A stretch of 64,000 bases of DNA from Gemmatimonadota bacterium. Lineage in GTDB: Bacteria; Gemmatimonadota; Gemmatimonadetes; Longimicrobiales; Gaopeijiaceae. Shown in pieces: positions 50,602 to 60,019 of the stretch. The position numbers and the translations under genes were made by a program. Where the stretch lies: assembly GCA_039589315.1 (NCBI GenBank), contig JBDHHQ010000012.1:54927-118926 (forward strand), in the 5' to 3' direction. The stretch's first letter is position 1; every line of letters starts with the position of its first letter. The notes under the pieces are model-generated. The model did not search any database and was not told the origin of the DNA. It saw only the letters and a list, made by a program, of their open reading frames with translations.

Positions 50602-52256
50602 CCGGCTGCCGATCCCGGTTCGGGAAGGGCATGGCACTCGGCGCACGTGTCCTGGACCTCGTGATCCACCTGGTCCTGGTGACACGAGAGGCAGAGCTCC
50701 CGTTCTCTCGGGACGCCGTCGAAGGGAACGTCCGCGTGGCATCCCGAGCCCCCACACCCCACATGGGTCTCGACCGTGTGGGCGTCCTGGGGGGAGGGGG
50801 TGTGGCACGTCATACAAGACGTGCCGAGCTGGTGGTGCTCCTCGTGGCAGGACGCGCAATCCACCCGTACCGCGGCCAGCGCCGGACCCTGCGTGTGGCA
50901 CTCCGCGCACTCCACTTCTGCGTGGGGTGCATGGTCGAAGGGCAGCGACCGCTCGTAGACCTCATCGACCACGGACAACGTGAAGGTGCCGCTACGCTGG
51001 AAGACCTGACCCTCCACGCCCGAGTCCGCATGACAGGTCGCGCACGTGTCCGACACCGGTGCCGTGTGGTGGCACTGCCGGCAGTCCGTGACCGTGGTCA
51101 CGGTGACGGCGCCGTGGGACGGCTCCATGGCATGACACGAGGCGCAGTCCAGGTCCCGATGCTCGCCGTGGAAGAAGGCCGTGTCCTGGGCCGCCGGTAT
51201 GGTGTGAAGGACCGTCGTCACGCCTACGCCCAAGCCGGTCGTGGGACTCGACGGAGCCGGCGAGAGGGCGGCCCGCCGGTCGTTGAAGATGTCGGTGTGG
51301 CAGGAGAGGCAGTCCTGTCCCTCGGCGTGGAAGTCGTGCGCCGCGTGACACTCCGTGCAGTTCTCGTAGACCTCGGGCTCGATCCCCACGTGGAAGGCGT
51401 TGGAATCGGCGGGCTCATCGTGGCACCCGGCTACGGCGCAACTCTGCACGGCCTCTGCAGGCGTGTCCTGCTCATGGGGGTTGTGGCACGTGCCGCACAC
51501 CTGGTCGTGGGGCTCGTCCTCCGGCATCTCCACGAGCGTGCGCATGGCGTGGCAGCTCAGGCACTCCCCAGCCTGTGGCGAGAGAGCTCCCACCAGCCCT
51601 CCGTCGGGCGTGGGCTCCAGCTGCGCCTCGGCGGATAACGCCTCCAGGGGCGCGCTGAAGGCGTGGCACGCGGCGCAGTGGATCATGAGCTCGCTCATCT
51701 CGCCGAGCTGCACCTTGTTGTCGGTGTGACAGTCGGATTGGGCGCAGGTCTCATCGAGGGAGGCGAACTGATGGACGGAGGTGGCGTGGCACTCCACGCA
51801 CATGAGGCCTTCGAGCACCGGGTCCTCGGACTCGAAGTGGACCCGGTGCCCCCGCGAGCGGGCGATCAGGTTCCACTGGTCCGGATCGCCTTCGACGTGG
51901 CAGTCGATGCACCGCTCGTTGGGCACGGGCGCGTGCGCGGACACCTCGTCGGGGTCGAAGAGGACGGCGGTCACGCCCATGGCCGACCGCTCGATCAGGG
52001 TAGGCTGGTGACAGGCCTTACACCCGAGGCCCCGGTGTGCGCTCTCCGCGAACTGCTCGTACGGCTCCTGCATGAGGTGGCACCCCATGCAGAACTCGTT
52101 GTCGTGCTCGACGTAGTCCCAGGTCCGGTATCCCCAGACGGCGCTGCCGATGAGCGCGACGAATGCTGCGACCACGCCCAGGGCCATCAGCGGGACCGGA
52201 AGCCCGCGGAGTGTCTTCCAGGTCCTGGCCACGAAGTCCCGCAAGCGCCCCAGCAT
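50598..52256 (-). CDS. NapC/NirT-type membrane-anchored multiheme cytochrome, about 20 hemes
   Basis: N-terminal TM, NEFCMGCHLM..Y....SAH...CKACHQP; 17 CxxCH + 3 CX4CH. Confidence 0.88.
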   Translation of the reverse strand: MLGRLRDFVARTWKTLRGLPVPLMALGVVAAFVALIGSAVWGYRTWDYVEHDNEFCMGCHLMQEPYEQFAESAHRGLGCKACHQPTLIERSAMGVTAVLFDPDEVSAHAPVPNERCIDCHVEGDPDQWNLIARSRGHRVHFESEDPVLEGLMCVECHATSVHQFASLDETCAQSDCHTDNKVQLGEMSELMIHCAACHAFSAPLEALSAEAQLEPTPDGGLVGALSPQAGECLSCHAMRTLVEMPEDEPHDQVCGTCHNPHEQDTPAEAVQSCAVAGCHDEPADSNAFHVGIEPEVYENCTECHAAHDFHAEGQDCLSCHTDIFNDRRAALSPAPSSPTTGLGVGVTTVLHTIPAAQDTAFFHGEHRDLDCASCHAMEPSHGAVTVTTVTDCRQCHHTAPVSDTCATCHADSGVEGQVFQRSGTFTLSVVDEVYERSLPFDHAPHAEVECAECHTQGPALAAVRVDCASCHEEHHQLGTSCMTCHTPSPQDAHTVETHVGCGGSGCHADVPFDGVPRERELCLSCHQDQVDHEVQDTCAECHALPEPGSAAG

Positions 52257-52266
52257 GATCGTGTCC

Positions 52267-53700
52267 TCAGCCCTGTCCCAGGATTCGGTGTAGGGTCAGG
52301 GCGTTCGAGGCCGACAGCTCGTACTCCTCCTCGACGTCCTTGATGCTCGCGAGCAGGAGCGCTTCGATCAGGAACGGGTTGTGGGTAGGGGACCCGGGAA
52401 AGTCAGCTCGCAGATCGAGGTTGAACTTCGCGCCCTCGGCGATCGTGAAGCGGCCGTCATTGGGATCGAACTCCTCCTCGGGCACCTGGTCCAGCAGAGC
52501 GGCCAGCTCGATCGCCAACTCACCGGTCCGCGTATCGGCCCTCTGCTTGAGCTGGCGAGCCCCGTCCTCCGAGCCATGGCAGCCCGATGCGGTGCAGGCC
52601 CCGTAGGTACGCTCCTCGTCGTCGCAGTCTCCCGGCACGGGGATGCCTTGCTCGTCGAGGCAGGGCGTCGACTCGAAGGTGTGGCCGGTAGCGTTGAAGA
52701 CAAAACCTCCCGTCTCCGGATCGGTGACGGTGAACGCATTGACGTGGCACCCCGCGCAGATCCTCGGATTCGCCTCGCTGCCGTGGGTGGCGAAGATGGT
52801 GTCGCCGGGAAACTCCAGGCTCGGCGGCCACCAGCCCCCGTAGCCGATCACCACGGCCGCCTCGGGCGCATGGGGCCCCGCCGAGCTGCCCGGGTCGGGC
52901 GTTCCACGGCGGTTGTGGCACTTCATGCACAGGTTGGCTTCCTCGTTGGGCGTATTGATGGGAAACCGAAGCTGCGCGCCCTGATCCGATCCGTGAGGGT
53001 CGTGGCAGATGCCGCAGGTGATGGAGAGGTGGTCCTTGCCCGGCCCCACGCTGTCCTGCTCGAGGAAGGCGGTCCTGAAGCCCCAGGCCGCGAGGGCTCC
53101 CTCACCGCTGTGACACGATGTGCACTCCACGCGGTCCGCGGCAAACCCCACCACCTCGGCGTGCTTCGACTGCTCCCACTCGTTGACGAAGGGGTGATGG
53201 GTGCCCTGGTGGCACTCGCCACAGCCCAACTGCAGGTCCGATCCGGCGGAGAGAGGAGCCTGGGGCCGGTTCACGTCCGGGAGCTGGAGGTGGGCGACGC
53301 CGGGTCCGTGGCAGCTCTCGCATTGCACGTCGTGGTACCGGGCTTGCCTGGTGATGTCGTAGCCCGCCGGCTCGGCCATGACGTTGCCGCGCGAGCTCGT
53401 CGTGTGGCATGTCTCGCAGAACTCCTGAACGCTCCCGCTGGCCTGGAGTCCCTCCCACGCGTCGGCGTGGCCCGTCTCTGCCCACTCGGCTTGCCGGCCC
53501 ACGTGACAGTTGCCGCACACCAGCCGCTGGGCGTCCCGGTCCGCATAACCGACGAATCCCAACGCCGCCGGGTCGGGCTCGCCGAAGATCGGCCGGTTGT
53601 CGTACACGACGCTCTCGTCCACGCAGGCGGCGAGGACCAAGAGGATGACGAAGAAGTGGGGTATGCGGCGGGGTGGGAACGAATTCAGGGAACTTGCCAT
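52267..53700 (-). CDS. Multiheme cytochrome lipoprotein (c554/c552-like, OmcB-like C-terminus), 9 hemes
   Basis: LAAC lipobox; 8 CxxCH + CTASGCH; VQCESCHGPG, EW..SKHA, GHTF, HNPFL..LL.SI. Confidence 0.85.
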   Translation of the reverse strand: MASSLNSFPPRRIPHFFVILLVLAACVDESVVYDNRPIFGEPDPAALGFVGYADRDAQRLVCGNCHVGRQAEWAETGHADAWEGLQASGSVQEFCETCHTTSSRGNVMAEPAGYDITRQARYHDVQCESCHGPGVAHLQLPDVNRPQAPLSAGSDLQLGCGECHQGTHHPFVNEWEQSKHAEVVGFAADRVECTSCHSGEGALAAWGFRTAFLEQDSVGPGKDHLSITCGICHDPHGSDQGAQLRFPINTPNEEANLCMKCHNRRGTPDPGSSAGPHAPEAAVVIGYGGWWPPSLEFPGDTIFATHGSEANPRICAGCHVNAFTVTDPETGGFVFNATGHTFESTPCLDEQGIPVPGDCDDEERTYGACTASGCHGSEDGARQLKQRADTRTGELAIELAALLDQVPEEEFDPNDGRFTIAEGAKFNLDLRADFPGSPTHNPFLIEALLLASIKDVEEEYELSASNALTLHRILGQG

Positions 53701-53918
53701 GCACACTCCCGACATGGGTGCGTTCGAGTCGGGTCAGGCCGAATCGGGATGAAAGATAGGGGCGCGCTCCCATGGAGCACAGACCCGGCACTTTCCCGGG
53801 CGGGATCCGGAGGACCGGAGTCGCGGCGATCGCGGCTCCGCCCAGGCAATGACCTCGCCAACCGCCACTTACGCGTCGCCTTTCCGGCCTCGTCCTCCTC
53901 CGAATGGCGTCGAGACGG

Positions 53919-54983
53919 TCAGCGCCCGGGGCGGAACGCGATTCCCAGCGTGTAGGAACCCGCCTCCGTGCGCCAAAGGACATCCCCGGTCTCCAGGTCG
54001 ACGGCCACGGCTCCTCCGGCGCTCTCCACGGTCCCCTCGAAGGACACGAAGGCGACGCGGCCATCGGGTCGGAGGGCGACCCCGTGCGGATTGGGCGCGT
54101 CAGGGAGCGGAATGCGAGCACGCTCGGTGAGCGTCGGCACGTCGACCAGGGAGAGGGACCCCCCCATCCGGTTCACGACTACCGCGGCCGAGCCGCCCGG
54201 CGTCAAGGCCACCTGCGTGGGCATCTCGCCCACCGGCACTGAGCCCTCCGTCCGGCCCTCCGTGCTGAACGCCCGGACCTCGTGGGCAGAGGCCAGGGTC
54301 ACCAGGAGCGCATCACCATCCCGGATCCAGACCAGGTTCAGCGGCTTGAGCCGGGGCTGGCCGGCGGGTCCGGTCTGGGCGTCGACCGGGAAGCGCGAGA
54401 CGATCTCCAGGGTCACGCCGTCGAGAACGACCACCTCGTCGCTCAAGGAGCAGGTGATCCCCACCAGCCTGCCCGCCGGATGGACCACGGCATCATGGGG
54501 GGCGGGGCAGATGGTGGGTGTCGCCTCTTCGACCAGGTCGTGCAGGCTGACGACCGACACCTGGCTGGGCGCCCCCTGACCGGTTCGCCAGTAGTCCGGG
54601 ATGAATGCCCTGGCGCCGTCGGGCGTGATGCCGATGCGGGCGGCGCCGGGCACGCCCAAACGGAGGCGGCCCACCAGTCGATCACCGTCGCTCTCGAACT
54701 TCCACAGCGTTGGCTCACCGTGCGACAGGGTGGCGTACCAGTGGCGACCGTCCGGGGCCACGGCCAGCCCGTGGGGCTCGTCCGTCTCGCCGCGCCGCGG
54801 ATCCAGCGGAAGGGTGTCGAGCACTTGGCCGTCCCGGGCGTCGAGGACGAAGACGCGATCGGTCATGCCGCTCCCCAGGTAGACGCGTCCTTCGCCGTCG
54901 TCTGCCCCGCCGCACGACGCCAGGGAGGCTGCGAAAAGCGCGGCCACGACCGAGGCGCCAGCCCGACGATCCGGCCGACTCAT
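53919..54983 (-). CDS. YncE/YVTN beta-propeller lipoprotein
   Basis: LASC lipobox; PHGLAVAPDG, IGITPDG, PHGVALRPDG repeats. Confidence 0.85.
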   Translation of the reverse strand: MSRPDRRAGASVVAALFAASLASCGGADDGEGRVYLGSGMTDRVFVLDARDGQVLDTLPLDPRRGETDEPHGLAVAPDGRHWYATLSHGEPTLWKFESDGDRLVGRLRLGVPGAARIGITPDGARAFIPDYWRTGQGAPSQVSVVSLHDLVEEATPTICPAPHDAVVHPAGRLVGITCSLSDEVVVLDGVTLEIVSRFPVDAQTGPAGQPRLKPLNLVWIRDGDALLVTLASAHEVRAFSTEGRTEGSVPVGEMPTQVALTPGGSAAVVVNRMGGSLSLVDVPTLTERARIPLPDAPNPHGVALRPDGRVAFVSFEGTVESAGGAVAVDLETGDVLWRTEAGSYTLGIAFRPGR

Positions 54984-55093
54984 GGGACTCGCGGGCTGAC
55001 GGCATGGGACAGACGGCTCGTGGTTGGCGCAGACGGGCTCATGAGTGGGATCGGCCCGTGGACGGGAGCGTCGGAGGCGCCGGGCAGGAAATC

Positions 55094-56848
55094 TCAGAAT
55101 GTGGGCTCGAGCACCAGGAGGCCCGAGTTCATGTCGCTGACGAAGAGCCGTCCCCCGGAGAGCTGCGGCGCCCAGGAACAGGTGGACTGGATGCCGGGAC
55201 AATCGCCCGCCGAGCCGTCGTAGACGAATCCCGTGAGCTCCCGGCCTTGCCGGTCGAGCTCACCCATGAGCTCTCCGTTCACGTCGAGCGCGCGGATGCC
55301 CCGGGCGTACCACGCCAGATAGAGGATTCCCCGGCTCTCGTCCAACCAGAAGTTGTGAGGCGTCGCACCCTGCACCCTGAAAGTGGCTACCTCCTCGGGC
55401 TGCAGCAGGTTGCGGACGTCGACGACGTGCGTCATGCCGGGCGAGGCGTGGTCCTCCTCGCCTACGAACACGTAGCCCGCCTCCGGCCAGTACCAGGCGT
55501 TGTGCGTCTGTCCCCCTGAGGTCGCGATCCGACTGACCTCCACCGGATTGGTGGGGGATCCCCCCCGGATCCCGTGCCCCACATCAAGGATGATCAGCCC
55601 CGCGTCCCAGTGAGACAGGAAGGCGAGCCCGTTCCGGACGTACACGTCGTGGAGGAAGCTCGACCCGCCGTAAAACGACGCCACTGGTCGGGGACCCGCG
55701 GGATCCGACACGTCCAGCACCCGGAGGCCGGCCGCCGCGTCCTTCCCGTCGACCACGACGTAGGCGTAGTTCCCGTCGAGCCACGCATTGTGGACGCCGG
55801 ACTCGAGCCCGGTGGTCAGGCGCGCCACGACCTGCGGCGCCGCCGGATCGGCGAGGCTCAGCAGCGACACGCCGTTCAGGCCGTCCAGGGACCCCTCGTG
55901 GGTGACGATGCCCAGCGCCCCGTCCGCCCGAACCTTGACGTCGTTCACCGTGCGGGCGTCGAGCAGGAGAGCGTCCTCGCGGACCGGTTGGGAGGGGTCC
56001 GTGATGCGCCAGGTGTGGAGGGTGTTTCCCGACGCCGTGGCGGACTTCACGCCCCAGGTGCCCTGGTAGGCGTAGTTGCCGTGAACCCAAAGGTCGGACG
56101 AGAAGCGGGTGTACTCGCCGCCTCGGCCCACGACGCTCATCCGGCCCGACAGGCCCCGGGTCGAGATCGTCACCGCAGTCGTGTCGGCGAGCGTGCCGGC
56201 TGTGGCCACGATCCGGGCCTCTCCGGGCGTATAGCCCACGAATTGGCCGGTGCCGCTGAAGAAGCCGGCGTTGGCCGGGAGCACGGACCAGCTGACGGCG
56301 ACTCCGGGAACGATCGCGCCGGACGCATCGGACACCTCGGCCGCGAAGGGCACCGCGTCACCCTGCCGCACGGCTCCGCTGCCCGCGGCGATCCTGATCT
56401 CGCCGCCGTCCACGGGGGGTGCGGCCTCCGCCACGTTGAATCGCAGCACCAGCCCGGCTGCCAGGCCTCCGGGGACGCGAGCTTCAACGAATGCGTTGTA
56501 CTCACCTGGTTGGGGCGCCGACGGGAGGCTGACGGAGAGGCTCACCTCGGCCATGGAGCCAGGATTCAGCGTGGAGATCTCCGAGGGATCGGCGGTCAAC
56601 ACCGAACCGGGCACGCCGTGCCCCGCCTCGTTCCGGACGCTGCCCGGGAGGATCAACACCGGACCCAGGGCCATGTCGCTCGGGTTCTCCACGTGGACGC
56701 TCACCTGTCGGCTGGCGCCCAGGTGCAGCTCGTCCGTGGAGAACCTGATGCGGGGCTCGAGACCCGGCGCTGTGGGATCCGAGTTGCAGGAAACCACCGC
56801 GAGGGCGGTCGAGACGGCCACGAGCAGCCTCGTCGAAGCTTTCCGCAC
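55094..56848 (-). CDS. LVIVD-repeat lipoprotein with Ig-like domains
   Basis: VVSC lipobox; VHN/LHD/THN/PHN blades, GLRVLDVSDP, GLIILDV. Confidence 0.85.
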   Translation of the reverse strand: MRKASTRLLVAVSTALAVVSCNSDPTAPGLEPRIRFSTDELHLGASRQVSVHVENPSDMALGPVLILPGSVRNEAGHGVPGSVLTADPSEISTLNPGSMAEVSLSVSLPSAPQPGEYNAFVEARVPGGLAAGLVLRFNVAEAAPPVDGGEIRIAAGSGAVRQGDAVPFAAEVSDASGAIVPGVAVSWSVLPANAGFFSGTGQFVGYTPGEARIVATAGTLADTTAVTISTRGLSGRMSVVGRGGEYTRFSSDLWVHGNYAYQGTWGVKSATASGNTLHTWRITDPSQPVREDALLLDARTVNDVKVRADGALGIVTHEGSLDGLNGVSLLSLADPAAPQVVARLTTGLESGVHNAWLDGNYAYVVVDGKDAAAGLRVLDVSDPAGPRPVASFYGGSSFLHDVYVRNGLAFLSHWDAGLIILDVGHGIRGGSPTNPVEVSRIATSGGQTHNAWYWPEAGYVFVGEEDHASPGMTHVVDVRNLLQPEEVATFRVQGATPHNFWLDESRGILYLAWYARGIRALDVNGELMGELDRQGRELTGFVYDGSAGDCPGIQSTCSWAPQLSGGRLFVSDMNSGLLVLEPTF

Positions 56849-57069
56849 GCTCTTCCTTCCCCCGTCGGTTGTCGCGTTGGCAGCGGGGACCGAGGCCGGT
56901 CCGGGGACCCAGGACACAGCAACGTCCCGACGCACCGGGCCCGAGTCCTTCAACCTACGTCGGCCTCACACGATAATGTCGAAAGCGCTACCTTTTTCAA
57001 TCTTGCACAGAACCACCGTCGGCGGGAGCACCCCGGGTTTTGCACATCATTCGAGGCAGTGAAGCAACA

Positions 57070-57708
57070 ATGCATCCGACGGCCCAGGCGCCGATCCTCC
57101 GGGCCGCTCGCGCCTCGGCCTCCCTGGCCCTCGTCGTTGTCGTCGCCGCGTGCGGCGGAAGTCCGCCGCCACCGGAAGCGGGCGACTCCATGGGGGCCAT
57201 CCCGGACATGATGGGCCGAACGGTGATGTTGCTGCCAGTCCAGGTGGTGGACGGCGTGCCGGAGCCCGTGGACCCTGAGATCGAGTTCGCACTGGGCGAG
57301 CACGGCGAGGGCATCGATTGGGTGCTCCCCGATCAGCTCCGCCGGCACGTGGATCGCACCCCCGGGATGGACCTCAAGGTGGAGGACCTACCCGTCGGTA
57401 CGTTCTTCCGGGCCGAGGTCGAGCGGGTGGGAGATCCTCTCTTCGGCTACATCCGACGCCTGGCGGCCCTGACGGCAGCGGACATGGCCGTGATCCCGCT
57501 TCAGGTGCGCTACCGCATGGCTACGGAGCTCGAGCCGTCGGCCATCGAGATCATGTCGACGGTCCTGGACGCTCGCAGCGGGCGGGTGTTCTGGACCGGC
57601 GTGCTGGCGGGAAGCGAAGGCGACGCCGACGATCCCGCCACGCTCGGGTCGGCCGCGAACGTGTTCGCCAGAAGCATGGCCTGGTCCGCCCAGGGAGGGA
57701 GCCGGTGA
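57070..57708 (+). CDS. Hypothetical lipoprotein
   Basis: VAAC lipobox; LDARSGRVFW (LpoB/CsgG-like strand). Confidence 0.7.
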   Translation: MHPTAQAPILRAARASASLALVVVVAACGGSPPPPEAGDSMGAIPDMMGRTVMLLPVQVVDGVPEPVDPEIEFALGEHGEGIDWVLPDQLRRHVDRTPGMDLKVEDLPVGTFFRAEVERVGDPLFGYIRRLAALTAADMAVIPLQVRYRMATELEPSAIEIMSTVLDARSGRVFWTGVLAGSEGDADDPATLGSAANVFARSMAWSAQGGSR

Positions 57709-58208
57709 GGGGAGGGGGCATCGTTGCCGGTTTCATCCTGGTGCCGCTGCTGGGGTCGTGCGAAGAGCCTGACCTGACCGTTCCGACCGCGGAGCAGGTG
57801 GCGTCCTACTACACGTACGAGGGACAGCTCACCACCGAGATGTCCGGCAACGTCGTAGAGATCACGATTCGCCAACCCGGCAACCAGTTGCGGCGGGGCG
57901 GGACGATCTGGGCCAAGGTCGGGCCGTACATCTTCCTGTTCTCGTCGCCCACGCAGCAGCTGCTCCAGGACTTCGGGGGCCTGGCGGGCGTGCGCGTCAT
58001 CACGACGGCGCCCGGCGGTACCGAAGTGGCGCGGTCGTTCCTGCTTCGAGACGAGCTGAACGACCTCACCTGGCGGCGTGCCCTGAACATTGCCGGGGTG
58101 GCCCGCCGCGACGGCACGGAGCAGCCGTCCAAGCTGGAGGACCTGGTGCGTTGGGGTGAGGATCACACCGAATACGAGTACAATCCGCGGTACGTTCGCC
58201 GGCGCTGA
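57705..58208 (+). CDS. Hypothetical lipoprotein
   Basis: GTGA overlap; LGSC lipobox; GC3-rich codons. Confidence 0.7.
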   Translation: MRGGGIVAGFILVPLLGSCEEPDLTVPTAEQVASYYTYEGQLTTEMSGNVVEITIRQPGNQLRRGGTIWAKVGPYIFLFSSPTQQLLQDFGGLAGVRVITTAPGGTEVARSFLLRDELNDLTWRRALNIAGVARRDGTEQPSKLEDLVRWGEDHTEYEYNPRYVRRR

Positions 58209-58257
58209 CCGCCGAGCCACCGGACCACGCGGCCCGGGCCAACCCAGAAGAACGACA

Positions 58258-59277
58258 ATGACCAAGACCATCACAGTGATTCCTGGCGACGGCATCGGGC
58301 CCGAGGTCACCGACGCCACGTTGGAGATCCTGAAGGCCGCCGGGGCAGATCTGGAGTACGACGTCCGGCAGGCCGGAATTGCCGCGTTGGAGCGGACCCG
58401 GCAGGTTCTTCCCGACGAGACGCTCCAGTCCCTCGACCGGACGGGGGTGGCCCTGAAGGGACCGCTTACGACACCGTCTGGATCGGGCTTCCGCTCGGTG
58501 AACGTGGCCCTCCGGAAGGAGTTCGACCTCTATGCCAACGTGCGGCCCGCGAAGACCCTGGTACCCGGCCGCTACGACGACATCGATCTGGTCCTGATCC
58601 GTGAGAACACGGAGGGGCTCTACGTGGGGGTCGAGCACTACATCGGCATGGAGGGCGACCCCAAGGCGGCCGCCGAATCGGTGATGATCGTGACCCGCTT
58701 CGGCGCCGAGCGCATCGTTCGGTACGCGTTCGACTACGCACTGAAGAACGGTCGGAAGAAGGTGACCTTCGCCCACAAGGCCAACATCCTGAAGTATACC
58801 CAGGGCCTGTTCCTGGACGTGGGCCACGAGGTGGCAAAAGAGTACGAAGACGAGGTGGAGTTCGAGGACCGGATCATCGACGCCACGGCCATGATGCTGG
58901 TCCTGGACCCCTACCGCTTCGACGTTCTGGTCATGGAGAACATGTTCGGCGACATCCTGAGCGACCTCATGGCGGGCCTGATCGGAGGACTGGGCCTGGC
59001 GCCGGCGGGCAACATCGGTGAAAAGCACGCCATGTACGAGGCGGTGCACGGATCCGCGCCGGACATCGCGGGGCAGGGGGTGGCCAATCCCAGCGCGCTG
59101 CTACTCGCGGCGTGCATGCTCCTGGAAGATCCGCGTGTGGGTCAGGCGGACGTAGGGGCTCGCATCCGGGCCGCGCTCAGCGGGACGCTGGCCCTGGAGG
59201 AAGGTCGCACCAGGGACCTGGGCGGATCCGCGACCACGCGGCAGTTCACCGACCGCCTGATCCGGGAGTTGGGCTGA
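58258..59277 (+). CDS. Isocitrate/isopropylmalate dehydrogenase family (NAD-IDH-like)
   Basis: [62 protein letters not shown]. Confidence 0.9.
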   Translation: MTKTITVIPGDGIGPEVTDATLEILKAAGADLEYDVRQAGIAALERTRQVLPDETLQSLDRTGVALKGPLTTPSGSGFRSVNVALRKEFDLYANVRPAKTLVPGRYDDIDLVLIRENTEGLYVGVEHYIGMEGDPKAAAESVMIVTRFGAERIVRYAFDYALKNGRKKVTFAHKANILKYTQGLFLDVGHEVAKEYEDEVEFEDRIIDATAMMLVLDPYRFDVLVMENMFGDILSDLMAGLIGGLGLAPAGNIGEKHAMYEAVHGSAPDIAGQGVANPSALLLAACMLLEDPRVGQADVGARIRAALSGTLALEEGRTRDLGGSATTRQFTDRLIRELG

Positions 59278-59397
59278 CCGGGGTTCTCGATGGCCGGGAG
59301 CCTGGACGGCTCTATCGCGGCGGCTCGGCCTGGCCCCGTTGGAGACGAGGAGCCTCGCCCCGGTCCGGCCGGGCCCATACACGCAAGGGAAGGAGAC

Positions 59398-59760
59398 ATG
59401 AGCAGGATCAGGGAGCGGATCGAGCGGCCGGTGACGTGCGTGCGGTGTCTCGAGGTGCGCGACTACATTGACGTGGACCGCCTCATGTGGTGCGAACCGT
59501 GCCGTGAGGCCGCAAAGCGACGCGCGGGTCACTGGGGCTGGGGTGCCGGCGCGGTTCTCGGGGCCGCCCTGGCGCTCTGGATCTGGACGGTGATCGAGCC
59601 GTCCGATCTCGTCATCGGGGGGTGGATCGCCACGGTGGTCGCGGCGCTCTGGATCGGGGGCAGAGTGGCTCGGGAGATCGCCTACGGCGTGATGCGATTC
59701 ACCAACCGGCGGGCTGTGGAGGCCGTGCCACCCGAGGTGCCTGAAGCCGACGGACGATAG
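59398..59760 (+). CDS. Small membrane protein with CxxC..CxxC zinc finger
   Basis: AGGAG RBS; CVRC..WCEPC followed by 2 TMs. Confidence 0.75.
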   Translation: MSRIRERIERPVTCVRCLEVRDYIDVDRLMWCEPCREAAKRRAGHWGWGAGAVLGAALALWIWTVIEPSDLVIGGWIATVVAALWIGGRVAREIAYGVMRFTNRRAVEAVPPEVPEADGR

Positions 59761-59893
59761 ACGGGCTGCTCTCGTCCGAGACGGGCAGCCTCACAGCGGC
59801 CGCTTCCACACGCAGCCGCCGCACGTACTCGCCGATCGTCACCCGGTACACGGCACCGAACGCGCGCGACGACACGCTATCGCCCGATAGCAC
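59760..59893 (-). pseudogene. AraC-family HTH remnant
   Basis: SRAFGAVYRVTIGEYVRRLRVEAAAVRL.SDES matches the AraC HTH1-linker pattern; no rest of gene. Confidence 0.55.
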
Positions 59894-60019
59894 CCACCCG
59901 TAGTGGTAATCCCCCCTTGGGACTACATTTCTGGCCGCCTCGGGGCCGGTCCCCCGGGGCCGATCCTGGCGGTCATCGGACCCGCCGGCACTTCAATCGA
60001 CACGAGGGATCATCGGCGC

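Noticed and set aside
56975..57050. LacI-like operator GAAAGCGCTACC and TTGCACA repeats in the divergent promoter
   Set aside because: Imperfect palindrome, no cognate regulator nearby; unsupported without comparative data
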